Source: Candidatus Melainabacteria bacterium 17Bon1m
Lineage (GTDB): Bacteria > Cyanobacteriota > Vampirovibrionia > Obscuribacterales > Obscuribacteraceae
Direction: 5' to 3'
DNA: 64,000 nucleotides
Assembly (NCBI GenBank): GCA_032128875.1
Contig: JAVLKG010000014.1
Location: 33,350 to 97,349, forward strand
Both the position numbers and the translations under genes were made by a program. Position 1 is the first letter of the stretch. Each line of letters starts with the position of its first letter. Under the pieces are notes generated by a model. That model did not search any database. It was not told the origin of the DNA and worked only from the letters and a program-made list of their open reading frames with translations. Positions 10,163 through 20,579 of this stretch are shown one piece after another.

Positions 10163-11452
10163 ATGAACACAACTTCTACTGTAGAGAAAATTGCAATCAT
10201 CGGTGCGGGTCCGGTGGGCATCAGCATGGCACGCGCCTTGAAGCAGAAAGGTATCGCATACGATCAGTTTGAAGCAGGAGACGGTGTCGGCGGAAATTGG
10301 CGGCACGGCGTTTATCACACAGCGCACATAATTTCTTCGCGCAAGACGACAGAATTTCCCGACTTTCCGATGCCGGCGGATTATCCGGATTTTCCGAGCG
10401 CCGCACAAATGCTTGAATATCTCAATGCGTACGTCGCTCACTATAAGCTCGATCAACACATTGAATTCAACACTATGGTCGAGCATGCAAAGCCAGATGA
10501 AGCGGGTTTGTGGAAACTGCGTTTGAGTAATGGAGAAACGCGCTTGTACGATGGTGTGATTGTTTGCAATGGGCACCATTGGGACGTGCGTATGCCATCT
10601 TATGGTGGAACTTTCTCGGGTGAGATGATTCACTCCAAAGATTACAAGGAGCCTTCGCAACTCAAAGATAAGCGCGTCCTCGTGATTGGCGGTGGCAATT
10701 CGGCCTGTGATATCGCCGCTGAGGCTGCGCGTGTTGCACGCTCTGCGCATCTGAGTCTTCGACGCGGATATTGGTTTTTGCCAAAGACCTTTTATGGAAA
10801 ACCGACCGCGGAGTTGCTAACGACATGGATGCCGGTGTGGATTCAGCGACTGCATTTGGAGCTATTGGTCAAGATTGCTGTGGGCGACTATCGCAACTAT
10901 GGGCTGATGAAGCCTGATCACCGGATATTCGATCACCATCCGACCATTAACACCGAGCTGCTGCATTACTTGAAGCACGGCAGGATTAAGCCGCATCCTG
11001 ATGTGAAGCGGTTCGACGGAAAGCTGGTTGAGTTTGTCGATGGAACTCGCGAAGAGTTTGATCTAGTTGTGTGCGGCACGGGATTCAATGTATCCATTCC
11101 GTTTTTGGAACCTGGTGTCATCGATATTGACGGTGCAATTGTGAAGACGCAGTGGGGTGTAATCGCGCCACATCATCGCCAACTCTATATCTACGGCTGG
11201 GCGCAGGCGCGTTATGGATTTGGTCCTCTCCTCACGCCTGCGTCGGACATGATTGCTGACTTGATATTGCTGCAGCGCCGTCTGAATCATCCCATTGGTG
11301 AGATTTTGGCGAAAATGAAACAACCTTTGCCGAAAACGCATCTACTTGATCCCATGGCTGCACTTCGCATGGTGAAGTCGGCAAGGATGTCGCTATGGAT
11401 GCTGCCGCTGGTTGACAAATACCTGATGAGCGACGGAAAACCTGCCAGATAG
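10163..11452 (+). CDS. Flavin-containing monooxygenase (class B FMO)
   Basis: GAGPVG FAD motif, FMO fingerprint FSGEMIHSKDY, GGGNSA NADPH motif, CGTGF. Start placed at ATG 10163 because the upstream part of the ORF is REP sequence. Confidence 0.92.
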   Translation: MNTTSTVEKIAIIGAGPVGISMARALKQKGIAYDQFEAGDGVGGNWRHGVYHTAHIISSRKTTEFPDFPMPADYPDFPSAAQMLEYLNAYVAHYKLDQHIEFNTMVEHAKPDEAGLWKLRLSNGETRLYDGVIVCNGHHWDVRMPSYGGTFSGEMIHSKDYKEPSQLKDKRVLVIGGGNSACDIAAEAARVARSAHLSLRRGYWFLPKTFYGKPTAELLTTWMPVWIQRLHLELLVKIAVGDYRNYGLMKPDHRIFDHHPTINTELLHYLKHGRIKPHPDVKRFDGKLVEFVDGTREEFDLVVCGTGFNVSIPFLEPGVIDIDGAIVKTQWGVIAPHHRQLYIYGWAQARYGFGPLLTPASDMIADLILLQRRLNHPIGEILAKMKQPLPKTHLLDPMAALRMVKSARMSLWMLPLVDKYLMSDGKPAR

Positions 11453-11550
11453 GCGCACCTGAAGATCTGGCATAATTGGAGCCGCCCGTACCAGACCCGT
11501 CAAGCGGGAGAGAGAAACGTAAGATGCAAATTGGTTCGAGAAAAATAGTC

Positions 11551-13716
11551 ATGCGTAATGTCAAAACATCATTGCTCGCGTTAATCGCCCTCTCATTGAG
11601 CACAACATCTATAACATTTGCCGCTGGAGCCACCGTGAAAGAAGCAAACAAAGAAGTCGTGAAGACAGAACCAGTGAAGACTGAAACGACAAAATCAGAA
11701 GCCAACTCTGACACGTATTTGTGGTTGGAAGATGTCGAAGGGAAGAAGGCGCTAGATTGGGTTCGTGCTGAAAACGCTGTTTCAACAAAAGCTCTCGAGG
11801 CGTTGAAAGACTTCGCGCCAATTAAGAACAAACTTCGCGAAATCCTCGATTCGAAGGAACGTATTCCGCGTGTCACCAAGCGCGGGCAGTTTTACTACAA
11901 CTTCTGGCGCGATGATAAAAACGTGCGCGGGCTGTGGCGCCGTACCACGATGGAAGAGTACAAAAAAGACAAGCCCAGTTGGGAAACCGTGCTCGACCTG
12001 GACGTCTTAGCTGCGAATGAGAAAGAGAATTGGGTTTGGGGCCAAGCGCAGGTTTTGTATAAAGATTACGATCGTGCACTGATTGAACTTTCTCGTGGTG
12101 GTGCGGATGCTGTTGTCGTGCGCGAGTTCGATCTGACCAAAAAAGAATTTGTCAAAGATGGCTTTTCTCTTCCTGAAGCGAAGACCGATGTCGGCTGGGT
12201 TGACCGCGATACTTTGTTCGTTGGAACAGACTTTGGCTCTGGTTCTATGACAGACTCCGGCTATCCAAGAATAGTAAAAGAGTGGAAGCGCGGAACGCCG
12301 TTAGCCGATGCGAAGACGCTTTTTGAAGGGAAGAAATCGGACGTAGGTGCTAATGGGTACGTTGTACACGACCACGGTCAGACATATGAATTCATCTCTA
12401 ACCATCCGACATTCTTCTCAGAAGATGCCTATATCCGCAAGGACGGCAAGTTGGTGCAGATTGGAAAACCTGCAGACGCGGTGGTTCAAACTTACGACAA
12501 AAATATTCTTCTGCGCCTGCGTTCTGATTGGACTGTTGGTGGAAAGACTTATAAATCCGGCACGCTTCTTGCTGAAGATTTTGACGCGTTTCTCAGAGGC
12601 GAAAGGACCTTTGACGTACTCTTTGAGCCGACCGAAAGAAAGTCACTTGAGTCTATTTCCGACACGAAGAACTATTTGATTCTGACAGAGTTGGACAACG
12701 TCAACAGTCGTCCATACTTGCTTTCTAAGAAGAGCGGAAAGTGGGAGCGCACGAAACTTGATGCTCCGGAAATCGGCAGCGTGAGTGTCGAGGGCATTGA
12801 TTCTGATGAATCAGATGATTACTTCATTACGATCACCAACTTCTTGACGCCTTCCAGCCTGTGTTTGGGAACCGCTGGGAAGCCAGGCACCGAGACGTTG
12901 AAGCACTTGCCTGCGTTCTTTAATGCGGACAATTTGCAGATTCAACAGTTTGATGCAAAGTCGAAGGATGGGACGCGTGTTCCGTATTTCATGGTTTCGC
13001 AAAAAGGTCTTAAGCTTGATGGAAACAATCCCACGCTGCTGTATAGCTACGGTGGTTTTGAACACTCTCTTCTTCCTGCATACAATGCAGTGGTCGGGTC
13101 TGCTTGGCTAGAACGTGGTGGCGTCTATGTCTTGGCTAACATCCGCGGCGGCGGAGAATTTGGTCCGAGCTGGCACAATGCGGCGCGCAAAGAAAATCGC
13201 CAGCGCGCGTATGATGATTTCATTGCGGTCGCTGAAGATTTATCTTCTCGCAAAGTGACTTCGCCTAAGCATCTCGGAATTGACGGACGCTCTAATGGCG
13301 GACTGCTTATGGGTGTGATGCTCACACAAAGACCCGATTTGTTTGGCGCTGTTCATTGCGGTTCGCCGCTGCTCGATATGCGCAGATTTAGTCACTTGCT
13401 TGCCGGTGCAAGTTGGATGGACGAATATGGCGACCCTGATAAGCCGGACCAATGGGCTTACATCTCCAAGTATTCGCCTTATCAAAACGTGTCTAAAACC
13501 AAGAAATATCCGCCGATTTTGATCACTACTTCAACACGCGACGACCGTGTTCATCCAGGTCATGCTCGCAAATTCGCAGCGTTGCTGAAGGAGCAAGGTC
13601 ACGAGGTCTTGTATTACGAAAACATCGAAGGTGGGCACGGCGCCGCTTCAAATAACGAGCAGGTCGCCTTTATGCAATCACTCGCTTACACATTCCTCTG
13701 GAGCAAACTCCGCTAG
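11551..13716 (+). CDS. Exported prolyl oligopeptidase (S9A)
   Basis: Signal peptide; DTYLWLED, NIRGGGEFG, GRSNGGL (Ser), RDDRVHP (Asp), GGHG (His). Confidence 0.95.
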   Translation: MRNVKTSLLALIALSLSTTSITFAAGATVKEANKEVVKTEPVKTETTKSEANSDTYLWLEDVEGKKALDWVRAENAVSTKALEALKDFAPIKNKLREILDSKERIPRVTKRGQFYYNFWRDDKNVRGLWRRTTMEEYKKDKPSWETVLDLDVLAANEKENWVWGQAQVLYKDYDRALIELSRGGADAVVVREFDLTKKEFVKDGFSLPEAKTDVGWVDRDTLFVGTDFGSGSMTDSGYPRIVKEWKRGTPLADAKTLFEGKKSDVGANGYVVHDHGQTYEFISNHPTFFSEDAYIRKDGKLVQIGKPADAVVQTYDKNILLRLRSDWTVGGKTYKSGTLLAEDFDAFLRGERTFDVLFEPTERKSLESISDTKNYLILTELDNVNSRPYLLSKKSGKWERTKLDAPEIGSVSVEGIDSDESDDYFITITNFLTPSSLCLGTAGKPGTETLKHLPAFFNADNLQIQQFDAKSKDGTRVPYFMVSQKGLKLDGNNPTLLYSYGGFEHSLLPAYNAVVGSAWLERGGVYVLANIRGGGEFGPSWHNAARKENRQRAYDDFIAVAEDLSSRKVTSPKHLGIDGRSNGGLLMGVMLTQRPDLFGAVHCGSPLLDMRRFSHLLAGASWMDEYGDPDKPDQWAYISKYSPYQNVSKTKKYPPILITTSTRDDRVHPGHARKFAALLKEQGHEVLYYENIEGGHGAASNNEQVAFMQSLAYTFLWSKLR

Positions 13717-13724
13717 TGCGCGGG

Positions 13725-13868
13725 GCGTGGGGGCGTGTTGCACACGCCCGGATAGATCGGCTGTTAGAGCGTGGGGGCGTGTTGCACACGCCCGGATAGA
13801 TCGGCTGTTAGAGCGTGGGGCGTGTTGCACACGCCCGATTTTCGTAGGGGCGATGCCATGCATCGCCC
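13725..13868. repeat. Tandem REP array (family C in a 44-bp unit, plus one family B REP)
   Basis: GCGTGGGGGCGTGTTGCACACGCCC+GGATAGATCGGCTGTTAGA at 13725 and 13769, a third hairpin at 13813, then GTAGGGGCGATGCCATGCATCGCCC at 13844. Confidence 0.9.
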
Positions 13869-13924
13869 GGCCGGAGCGCCGCCATCTTGGCGGCTTTGAA
13901 CGTTTGGCATTTCGCAGTTTGTTT

Positions 13925-15079
13925 TTACCTTAAAGTCTTCGCGCGCTTCGCGTTCGCCGCGCGAGCTTCTTCGTAGATTTTGTTTGCTTTAGCTTTGTAG
14001 TTGAATTGTTCAAGCATGTCTCCATAACTCTCTAATGTTGAGGCATATGCAGACTCAGCTTTAGGAGTGGTTTTGAGCTTGAGCAGGGCTTCTTCGTAAT
14101 ACTTACATGCTAGGTCTTTGTTCCCCTTCGCCGCAGCGATGCGAGCAAGATCTGCATTCTGCTTTATCGTCTCAACATTGTTGAGTCCAAGATTCTTAGC
14201 CTTAATTGAAAGGGCTTGCCTGTATAACTTTTCAGCCATAGAGTACTGCCCATCTTTTTCTAAACTGAATGCTGTGCAATCAAGTTTTTTTGCCATGCCT
14301 AAACACTCAAGCCGTCGATTCCACTCATGCCACATTGCCTGCGCATCAGATTGTATTTTCTGTCCTGCCTTTTGTTGGCGTTCCAGCTGCAGTTTTGCTT
14401 CAAGGTTTGATGCCTTCTTCACTGCGATGACTTGAATTGTTTGCGCCTCGTTTATGTCATTCAAAATTGTCTTTAGCAGGCTGACTTTGCTGTACAAGTC
14501 CAACTCGGAATTCTCTATGTTCCGAACAACTCTCGCCATCAGGTTCAGCTCTTCGGCATATTGCTTTCTTTCGTAATGTTCTTCAGCGAGTTTGCAAAGC
14601 TTTGCTCGTTCGAGGCTATGTTGAAGCTGATTAAGTGAAAGCGGTCCGCTTATAGACCCTCTGCCGTTTGCGAGTAGTCGCTCATACAATGTTACTGCAG
14701 GTGCGTACATGCCGAATTCTTCTGACTGTTCAGCGTAGTCCATCGCCTTTTGCCTGTCTGAGAGCTCGTCGACAGGCAGCCGCCTTGCTTGGATATTGCG
14801 CCAGCCTAGCAGAGTTGCCCTTGGAGTCGTTTCCCCAGGGGGTGTATTGTCTAATCTTGTTGCCATCGTTGAACGGGCATAAAACCCGCTAAACTCGCTC
14901 GGAAAACGGGAGTTACTGTATCTCCTACTTTGCTTGTGTAGGTTTACACCCTCATTAAGAACGCGTTCGTGGTCTGACATATCCGGACAGAAGTGTTCGT
15001 GCTCCTCTGCGATGGCAGCTGGAGCTCTGACACTGAGCAATTGAATTAGACAAAGGGCACCGAGCAGCATTCTGTTCAT
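13925..15079 (-). CDS. Exported TPR-repeat protein
   Basis: Signal peptide; GQYSMAEKLYRQALSIKAKNLG-type TPRs at the C-terminus. Confidence 0.8.
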   Translation of the reverse strand: MNRMLLGALCLIQLLSVRAPAAIAEEHEHFCPDMSDHERVLNEGVNLHKQSRRYSNSRFPSEFSGFYARSTMATRLDNTPPGETTPRATLLGWRNIQARRLPVDELSDRQKAMDYAEQSEEFGMYAPAVTLYERLLANGRGSISGPLSLNQLQHSLERAKLCKLAEEHYERKQYAEELNLMARVVRNIENSELDLYSKVSLLKTILNDINEAQTIQVIAVKKASNLEAKLQLERQQKAGQKIQSDAQAMWHEWNRRLECLGMAKKLDCTAFSLEKDGQYSMAEKLYRQALSIKAKNLGLNNVETIKQNADLARIAAAKGNKDLACKYYEEALLKLKTTPKAESAYASTLESYGDMLEQFNYKAKANKIYEEARAANAKRAKTLR

Positions 15080-15264
15080 AGCGAAAACCTATGGACGAAC
15101 AACCAGCAGCATAGATTTATCGATAATAACCTGTCGGTGCCTATTCTCGCCAGCGATGATATGCCCGGGGCGTTGTTATCGCCACGATAAAGCATTCGCC
15201 TATAGATAAAGATATGATTGAAAAGTTTTCTTGCCGTCTCCTTCGAGTGTCAACTACCAAACAG

Positions 15265-16503
15265 ATGAAGAAAGTCTCGACAATAGCAGTTCTGAGTGGC
15301 ATTTTTGTCTGTAGCCAGGCTAGTCTTGCTCTATCGGATATTTCGCAGAATGTCTCTTGGGAAGCGCTTGAGGCAGAAAAGGCACGCTCCAATCTATTGC
15401 TCAGTAAAGATGTTTTTCCTGAGTATTTCGATAAAACTTCGTACGAAAAAAGCGAATTCGATTTGCAAATGTACTTGAATGCTGTAGTCGCGGAAAGCAA
15501 TATTTCTGGTCCTGATTCTGCAGCAACATTTGGGTATCTCCTTGATTTTGCAGACTTTCTCTATCGCCGTAAATCTGCTCGTTTTGCAACTACGGTAAAT
15601 TTCATCAGTAACAGGGTTCAGTTACTTTCTGTCAATGAGCAGAGCAAGCTTCTTCCAAAGATCTTCTGGTTTTTGCTGAATCTCTGCCACGAAGAGGAAG
15701 AATTGGATGCCTTGCCTTTAGTAAAAACGGCAATTGAATTGAGCTTAAAGCCAGGTATTTCTGTGGATATGAAGACCGCGCAGTCGTTGTTTGCTATTCA
15801 AAGAAACTATACCGAGTCTCGTAGCAGTGTGACTCCAGATGGGCGTCGGGAGCATTATGTCTTGCTGCTAGTCCAAACTGCTTCAATCCTTTTTGACAAG
15901 CTCCAACCATTAAGTAAGGATGCTGTGGTCGCGCACGAGCGGTTGGCTTTTCTGTATGAGGAACAATCGCGCCATGAACTGGCTGCGAAGGAATACTACA
16001 AAGTTGAGCAGTTGAACAACAGAAAAGCTGTTGGCGATTTGGAAAGTTCTGAGATTTTGCTTCGCCTCATGAAAATAGAGGTGACAGCGCATCAATGCGG
16101 CAAGGCGGCGAACTTGTATTTTAAGCATCGGCATCTTTTCACTACTGTTCAATCAGCTGAAAAAATGTCGGAAATTGTTGAGTTACTGCTGCAATCCGAA
16201 GATTACGGCAGGGCTATCAACGTTGCTACTGCTATATTTCCACACTTAGATTGGAATCCGAATAAATTTATTCCGTCCAAGGCTCAGATATGGCCTGGTT
16301 GCGGATTTTCTTTGCCTTACAAACAATGGCCAACTACGCAACTGCGGCAGTGGTTAGGAGTATGTATTAGTCAGCAGAGAATGGACATGGCGCGGCTTCT
16401 CTACAACAAGTGTGCGCTTGCTGCAACGGATTTCAATAAAGCGGGCACAACCGAATACAGCCAGTTGCGAAGCCTAGCGAACGAACTCAATTTGTTTCCG
16501 TAA
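15265..16503 (+). CDS. Hypothetical exported alpha-helical (TPR-like) protein
   Basis: Long ORF (track start 15214); signal-peptide-like MKKVSTIAVLSGIFVCSQASLA; degenerate TPR-like helices; looks more AT-rich than its neighbours. Confidence 0.65.
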   Translation: MKKVSTIAVLSGIFVCSQASLALSDISQNVSWEALEAEKARSNLLLSKDVFPEYFDKTSYEKSEFDLQMYLNAVVAESNISGPDSAATFGYLLDFADFLYRRKSARFATTVNFISNRVQLLSVNEQSKLLPKIFWFLLNLCHEEEELDALPLVKTAIELSLKPGISVDMKTAQSLFAIQRNYTESRSSVTPDGRREHYVLLLVQTASILFDKLQPLSKDAVVAHERLAFLYEEQSRHELAAKEYYKVEQLNNRKAVGDLESSEILLRLMKIEVTAHQCGKAANLYFKHRHLFTTVQSAEKMSEIVELLLQSEDYGRAINVATAIFPHLDWNPNKFIPSKAQIWPGCGFSLPYKQWPTTQLRQWLGVCISQQRMDMARLLYNKCALAATDFNKAGTTEYSQLRSLANELNLFP

Positions 16504-17376
16504 TTACAGCTCGTCAGTATTCTTAGGAGTTCTAGTAAGCCTCATCGAGAGCCGTCGCACTTCGCCTTCGGCGGCTTTCTTCACGAGGCGCCAATATTTC
16601 TCCGGCATTGTTCGTTTCAATCGCCACAATACGCGCGCTTTGCGCGGAAGCATTATGTATAAATTGCCGTTCGCCATTAGTTTGAGAGTTTCGTAGGCTA
16701 CTTCCTCTGGCGATATGCGGGATTCGTCCACCAACATGCATGAGTATTGTTTGTCGCTATCGGCTCCTATTGTTTCTTTACCAATGTTTGTCCGGACATA
16801 CGATGGCGCCAAAATTGAAACAACAATGTTGCGGTCGGCAAGCTCACCGCGAATGCATTCGCTCAACGCGACAACTGCAGCTTTTGATGCGCTGTATGCG
16901 GACATGCGAGGCGCAGTGAGGAAGGCTGCCGCGCTGGCAACGTTGAGTATGTGACCATAGTTTTGTTTTTTCATGATGGGGACAAACAAATGGCATCCGT
17001 TCGCGACGCCCATCAAGTTTGTCTCTATCGTTTTGCGGAACTGTTCAATTGAGACTTCATCGAATAGTCCACCGCATCCGATGCCCGCATTGTTGATACC
17101 AATGTCGATACCACCGTATCGGTTTGCGAAATCGTTGACTGCCTTTTCAAACTCTTTGTGGTTTGCAACGTCGAACACGTATGACACCGGCGACCCGCCA
17201 ATTGCTCTTAATGCCGTGGCTGCCGCGTCAAGGGCTGGTTCGTTGATGTCCGTTATTCCAACAGTCCAGCCGTCTGCTGAAAGCGCCCGAGCGAAGGCGA
17301 GTCCGAGCCCGCTGCCTGCACCCGTGATGAATGCGCGCTTCTTCTGGTATGTGTCTGTGAGATGGAATCGACTCAA
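16504..17376 (-). CDS. Short-chain dehydrogenase/reductase
   Basis: TGAGSGLG, NNAG and YSASK motifs. Confidence 0.93.
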   Translation of the reverse strand: MSRFHLTDTYQKKRAFITGAGSGLGLAFARALSADGWTVGITDINEPALDAAATALRAIGGSPVSYVFDVANHKEFEKAVNDFANRYGGIDIGINNAGIGCGGLFDEVSIEQFRKTIETNLMGVANGCHLFVPIMKKQNYGHILNVASAAAFLTAPRMSAYSASKAAVVALSECIRGELADRNIVVSILAPSYVRTNIGKETIGADSDKQYSCMLVDESRISPEEVAYETLKLMANGNLYIMLPRKARVLWRLKRTMPEKYWRLVKKAAEGEVRRLSMRLTRTPKNTDEL

Positions 17377-17578
17377 GGGGGATAGTATCCAGTCTGTGCG
17401 ATAGGGGCGGCATTAGTAGCGCCTGCCGGTGATCCAGTTTATAGACTTACATTATAGCCCTGAAAGCTTCGCTGCTTGACCTCCCCGTCCGTCGTAAAAG
17501 AGTGCGCACGGCGCCTTCGGGCTTCTGCTCAGAAGTCAGCCTCGCGCTTTGGTCACTCTTTTAGTATCATCTGACACC

Positions 17579-18724
17579 ATGGCTGATTCAAATCCGACGT
17601 TCATTCCAGGTCTTGAGCTTTGCGAGGGCTTTTATCGCGAGGCTGTCGACCCGATATTACACAATCATTTTCGCGACGTAGAATATTCGGCGGCGCTGAT
17701 TGGCAGCGGTTCGGAAGTGCTTGGGTTTGATACCGAAATGTCGAGCGACCACCATTGGGGACCGCGAGTCATGCTGTTTCTCAAGCCAGATGATGTCTCT
17801 GCGTACAGAGATGCAATATCTGCCAAGCTCAGCGAACAATTGCCGCGCGTTTTTCGTGGATATCCGACCAGTTTTTCCAAGCCTGATGCAGAAAATCAGG
17901 GTGTCCAGTTGCTCGATTACAGCGAGACAGGGCTGATTAATCACAGGGTCGAGGTTATGTCCCCCGAGCGCTTCTTTGATGATTATCTTGGATTCGACAT
18001 CACAACTGAGCTTACTGCGGCGGATTGGCTCTCCTTTCCCGGGCAGAAACTGCGCACCATCATTGGCGGTAAGGTCTTTCACGATGGTATTGGTTTGGAC
18101 GAAACACGCAAACGTTTTTCATATTATCCGGAAGACGTTTGGCTTTATCTATTGGCATGCGGCTGGTCGCGCGTTGAGCAAGAAGAGCATCTGATGGGTC
18201 GCGCCGGTTATGTTGGTGATGAAATCGGTGCTGGAATAATCGCCGCGCGTTTGGTGCGGGATTTGATGAATCTCTGCTTCTTGATGGAGAAGGTGTATGC
18301 GCCGTATCCGAAATGGTTCGGCACCGCATTCAAGATGCTGAAATCTGCAAGTGTTTTGGAGCCGATGCTTCTTAAGGTCTTGTCCTCATCTAATTGGCAA
18401 GAACGGCAGAAGGCCCTAATTCCCGCGTATGAATATGTGGCAGTGATGCACAATATACTGGACATCGCGGAGCAGCTACCCGCGAAGGTGCGAGATTTTC
18501 ATGGACGTCCGTTTATGGTCATAAGCACTGGTGATTTTTCAAAAGCAATTTGCAATCGAATTGGATCAAGTGAAACTGCGGATCCGCTGATTAAGAAGCT
18601 TTTGAAGGAGCCACTAATTGGCAGCGTGGAACAGTTTAGCGATAATACTGATATTCTTTCGAATGCGTCATGGCGAACCGCGATAAAAGATTTGTATGGC
18701 GTTTGCCCAATTGCCGACGAATAA
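17579..18724 (+). CDS. DUF4037-family protein (nucleotidyltransferase-like)
   Basis: IGSGSEVLGFDTEMSSDHHWGPR, GKVFHD, YYPEDVW, YAPYPKWFG. Confidence 0.8.
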   Translation: MADSNPTFIPGLELCEGFYREAVDPILHNHFRDVEYSAALIGSGSEVLGFDTEMSSDHHWGPRVMLFLKPDDVSAYRDAISAKLSEQLPRVFRGYPTSFSKPDAENQGVQLLDYSETGLINHRVEVMSPERFFDDYLGFDITTELTAADWLSFPGQKLRTIIGGKVFHDGIGLDETRKRFSYYPEDVWLYLLACGWSRVEQEEHLMGRAGYVGDEIGAGIIAARLVRDLMNLCFLMEKVYAPYPKWFGTAFKMLKSASVLEPMLLKVLSSSNWQERQKALIPAYEYVAVMHNILDIAEQLPAKVRDFHGRPFMVISTGDFSKAICNRIGSSETADPLIKKLLKEPLIGSVEQFSDNTDILSNASWRTAIKDLYGVCPIADE

Positions 18725-18784
18725 GGAGATGGATCGCCTTTGAGGTATAACAAAAGAGTAGTATTGCTTTAGGCATCAGCAAGG

Positions 18785-19408
18785 ATGTTCGTTATGAAAA
18801 CTAGTTGGGGCGACTCTGTTTTCTGTTTGGCAAGCTTGATTTCGGTTTTTCTTTTGTCTGTCACCGCATCTGGTGCGCTCGCGCAAAGCTACCAAAATTG
18901 GTATCCGCGCAGTATTAGTCCACAAAATGGATATCAGTATCCCTGCGCACTGACTGCTTTGCCTGACAATTTGACCGGCATTCCCGCTGCCGATAAGCAA
19001 TTCATCAATCATGTGTATAGCCAGATTCTCAAAGCATTGCAAGCGAAAATGGTAATGCTGTCCGCGCTCAATGGCTCAAGTGGTTTTTCTTCGGCTTATT
19101 CGACATATTACGGACAAATAGCAGCGCTGCGCGCAAAGATTTTGGCAGAGCCGACTCCCGGTGGCTTAGAGACATTCAAAGCGCAAATAGTTAGCGCAAT
19201 AGACAATCAGTGCAGCTTTTTCGACAAGGCGCAAAAAATGCGACAGCAAGGTAAGTCTTTTGACGAAGTCATGCAAGTGCCTGAAGGCAAAACCGCATCA
19301 CAAATGTTGATGGCTGCATGGAACGAAATGTCAAAGCGGTATCCATCTTGGAGCCCGGAAGTCAAAGATAGTATTTATCATCACTTGTGTGCCCTGGATC
19401 TGTTCTAA
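18785..19408 (+). CDS. Hypothetical exported protein
   Basis: 207-aa ORF with signal peptide, helical composition, YPC...HHLCALD cysteines. Confidence 0.7.
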   Translation: MFVMKTSWGDSVFCLASLISVFLLSVTASGALAQSYQNWYPRSISPQNGYQYPCALTALPDNLTGIPAADKQFINHVYSQILKALQAKMVMLSALNGSSGFSSAYSTYYGQIAALRAKILAEPTPGGLETFKAQIVSAIDNQCSFFDKAQKMRQQGKSFDEVMQVPEGKTASQMLMAAWNEMSKRYPSWSPEVKDSIYHHLCALDLF

Positions 19409-19439
19409 TATTGAAGACCGATCGCAGTTACCGGATTCA

Positions 19440-20552
19440 ATGAACTGGCAAAAAACATTTACCAAGGTAAGCACGATATTCGTGACTGGGATATTTCTGT
19501 GTCCCGCCGTTTGTGCCGCGGGAGACCGTGAAGGTTGGCGACACTTCAAAGATGAAGGAAGCAAGTTTGAAGTCTTTGGAGATTTCGCCGGCGCCGAACG
19601 CGCCTACGCTAAGTCACTGAAATTAGTCGATGCCTCTAAGGCTTCAACCGCCGAACGGGGCGAGGTTATGGCTCGTCTGGCCAACGTGATGCTGTGGCAG
19701 CAGAAATTCAAACAAGCTGAGCCCTATTACAATGAGTTGTTAAAATTAATTCCGCAGTTGAAATCCGAGGGCAAGAAAAACGAGGATTTTTTCACCTGCG
19801 TCGATTCTCTATCCAATGCGTATTATGAACGCAGTCAGGGCGTCAATCGTATTCCTGGTATACAGCACTCGGTCAGAATTATTGATACCGCATTTGGTGA
19901 CATACATCCTGAGCTTCCGCGCGAATTAGTTGCGCTTGCATACACGTATTCTGCATTGGGGATGAATCAAGAAGCACTAACTTTTGCAAATCGAGCGCTG
20001 TCGATCGCAAAGCGTGAAACGAGCGAGAAAGGGCAAATTCAGCTGTGGAAAACTTTGGCACTCGTCGGTAATTGCCGCAAGTCCGTAGGTGATTGGGAAG
20101 GCGCTCGGCAAGCGTTTGAGCAAGCCGTCTTTTTGATGAACAAGAGTTTGAAACGCTTTTCGTTGACAGCCGCGGCGGCGAAGGCGCAACTCGCAATTGT
20201 CTACCTCCATATGCAAAAGAAAGAGGAGAGCAAGAAGCTCTTTAAAGAGGCTGAGGCTTTGTTTGCCTCCAAGCTGTATGAGATGGATAAGAAGGGTCTG
20301 CGCGACATCGGAACTGCTGGTCCCGAATTGCTGGCCTTAGCACAAATGTATGTGGCGTTCAGCCAGTACTCGAAAGCCGAGCCTATTTGCAGGCGCTCAC
20401 TTATGCTGACGAAGGTGACCTTCGGGGACAAAGATCCCTTCTTGATCAACGAGTTGAGGGTGCACGGTTTTGTGTTGTCGCGCTTAGGTCGGATGAAAGA
20501 ATCGCAAGGGCAGGAAGCCCAAGCTCAAGCCCTTGCAAGTCTGTACAAATGA
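19440..20552 (+). CDS. Exported TPR-repeat protein
   Basis: Signal peptide followed by multiple TPRs (FAGAERAYAKSL, YSKAEPICRRSL). Confidence 0.82.
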   Translation: MNWQKTFTKVSTIFVTGIFLCPAVCAAGDREGWRHFKDEGSKFEVFGDFAGAERAYAKSLKLVDASKASTAERGEVMARLANVMLWQQKFKQAEPYYNELLKLIPQLKSEGKKNEDFFTCVDSLSNAYYERSQGVNRIPGIQHSVRIIDTAFGDIHPELPRELVALAYTYSALGMNQEALTFANRALSIAKRETSEKGQIQLWKTLALVGNCRKSVGDWEGARQAFEQAVFLMNKSLKRFSLTAAAAKAQLAIVYLHMQKKEESKKLFKEAEALFASKLYEMDKKGLRDIGTAGPELLALAQMYVAFSQYSKAEPICRRSLMLTKVTFGDKDPFLINELRVHGFVLSRLGRMKESQGQEAQAQALASLYK

Positions 20553-20579
20553 ATTCGACCAAGCATTGAAATCGCGCAG

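Noticed and set aside
13725-13836. Possible mini-CRISPR
   Set aside because: The two spacers are identical (19 bp), so it is a tandem duplication of a REP unit.
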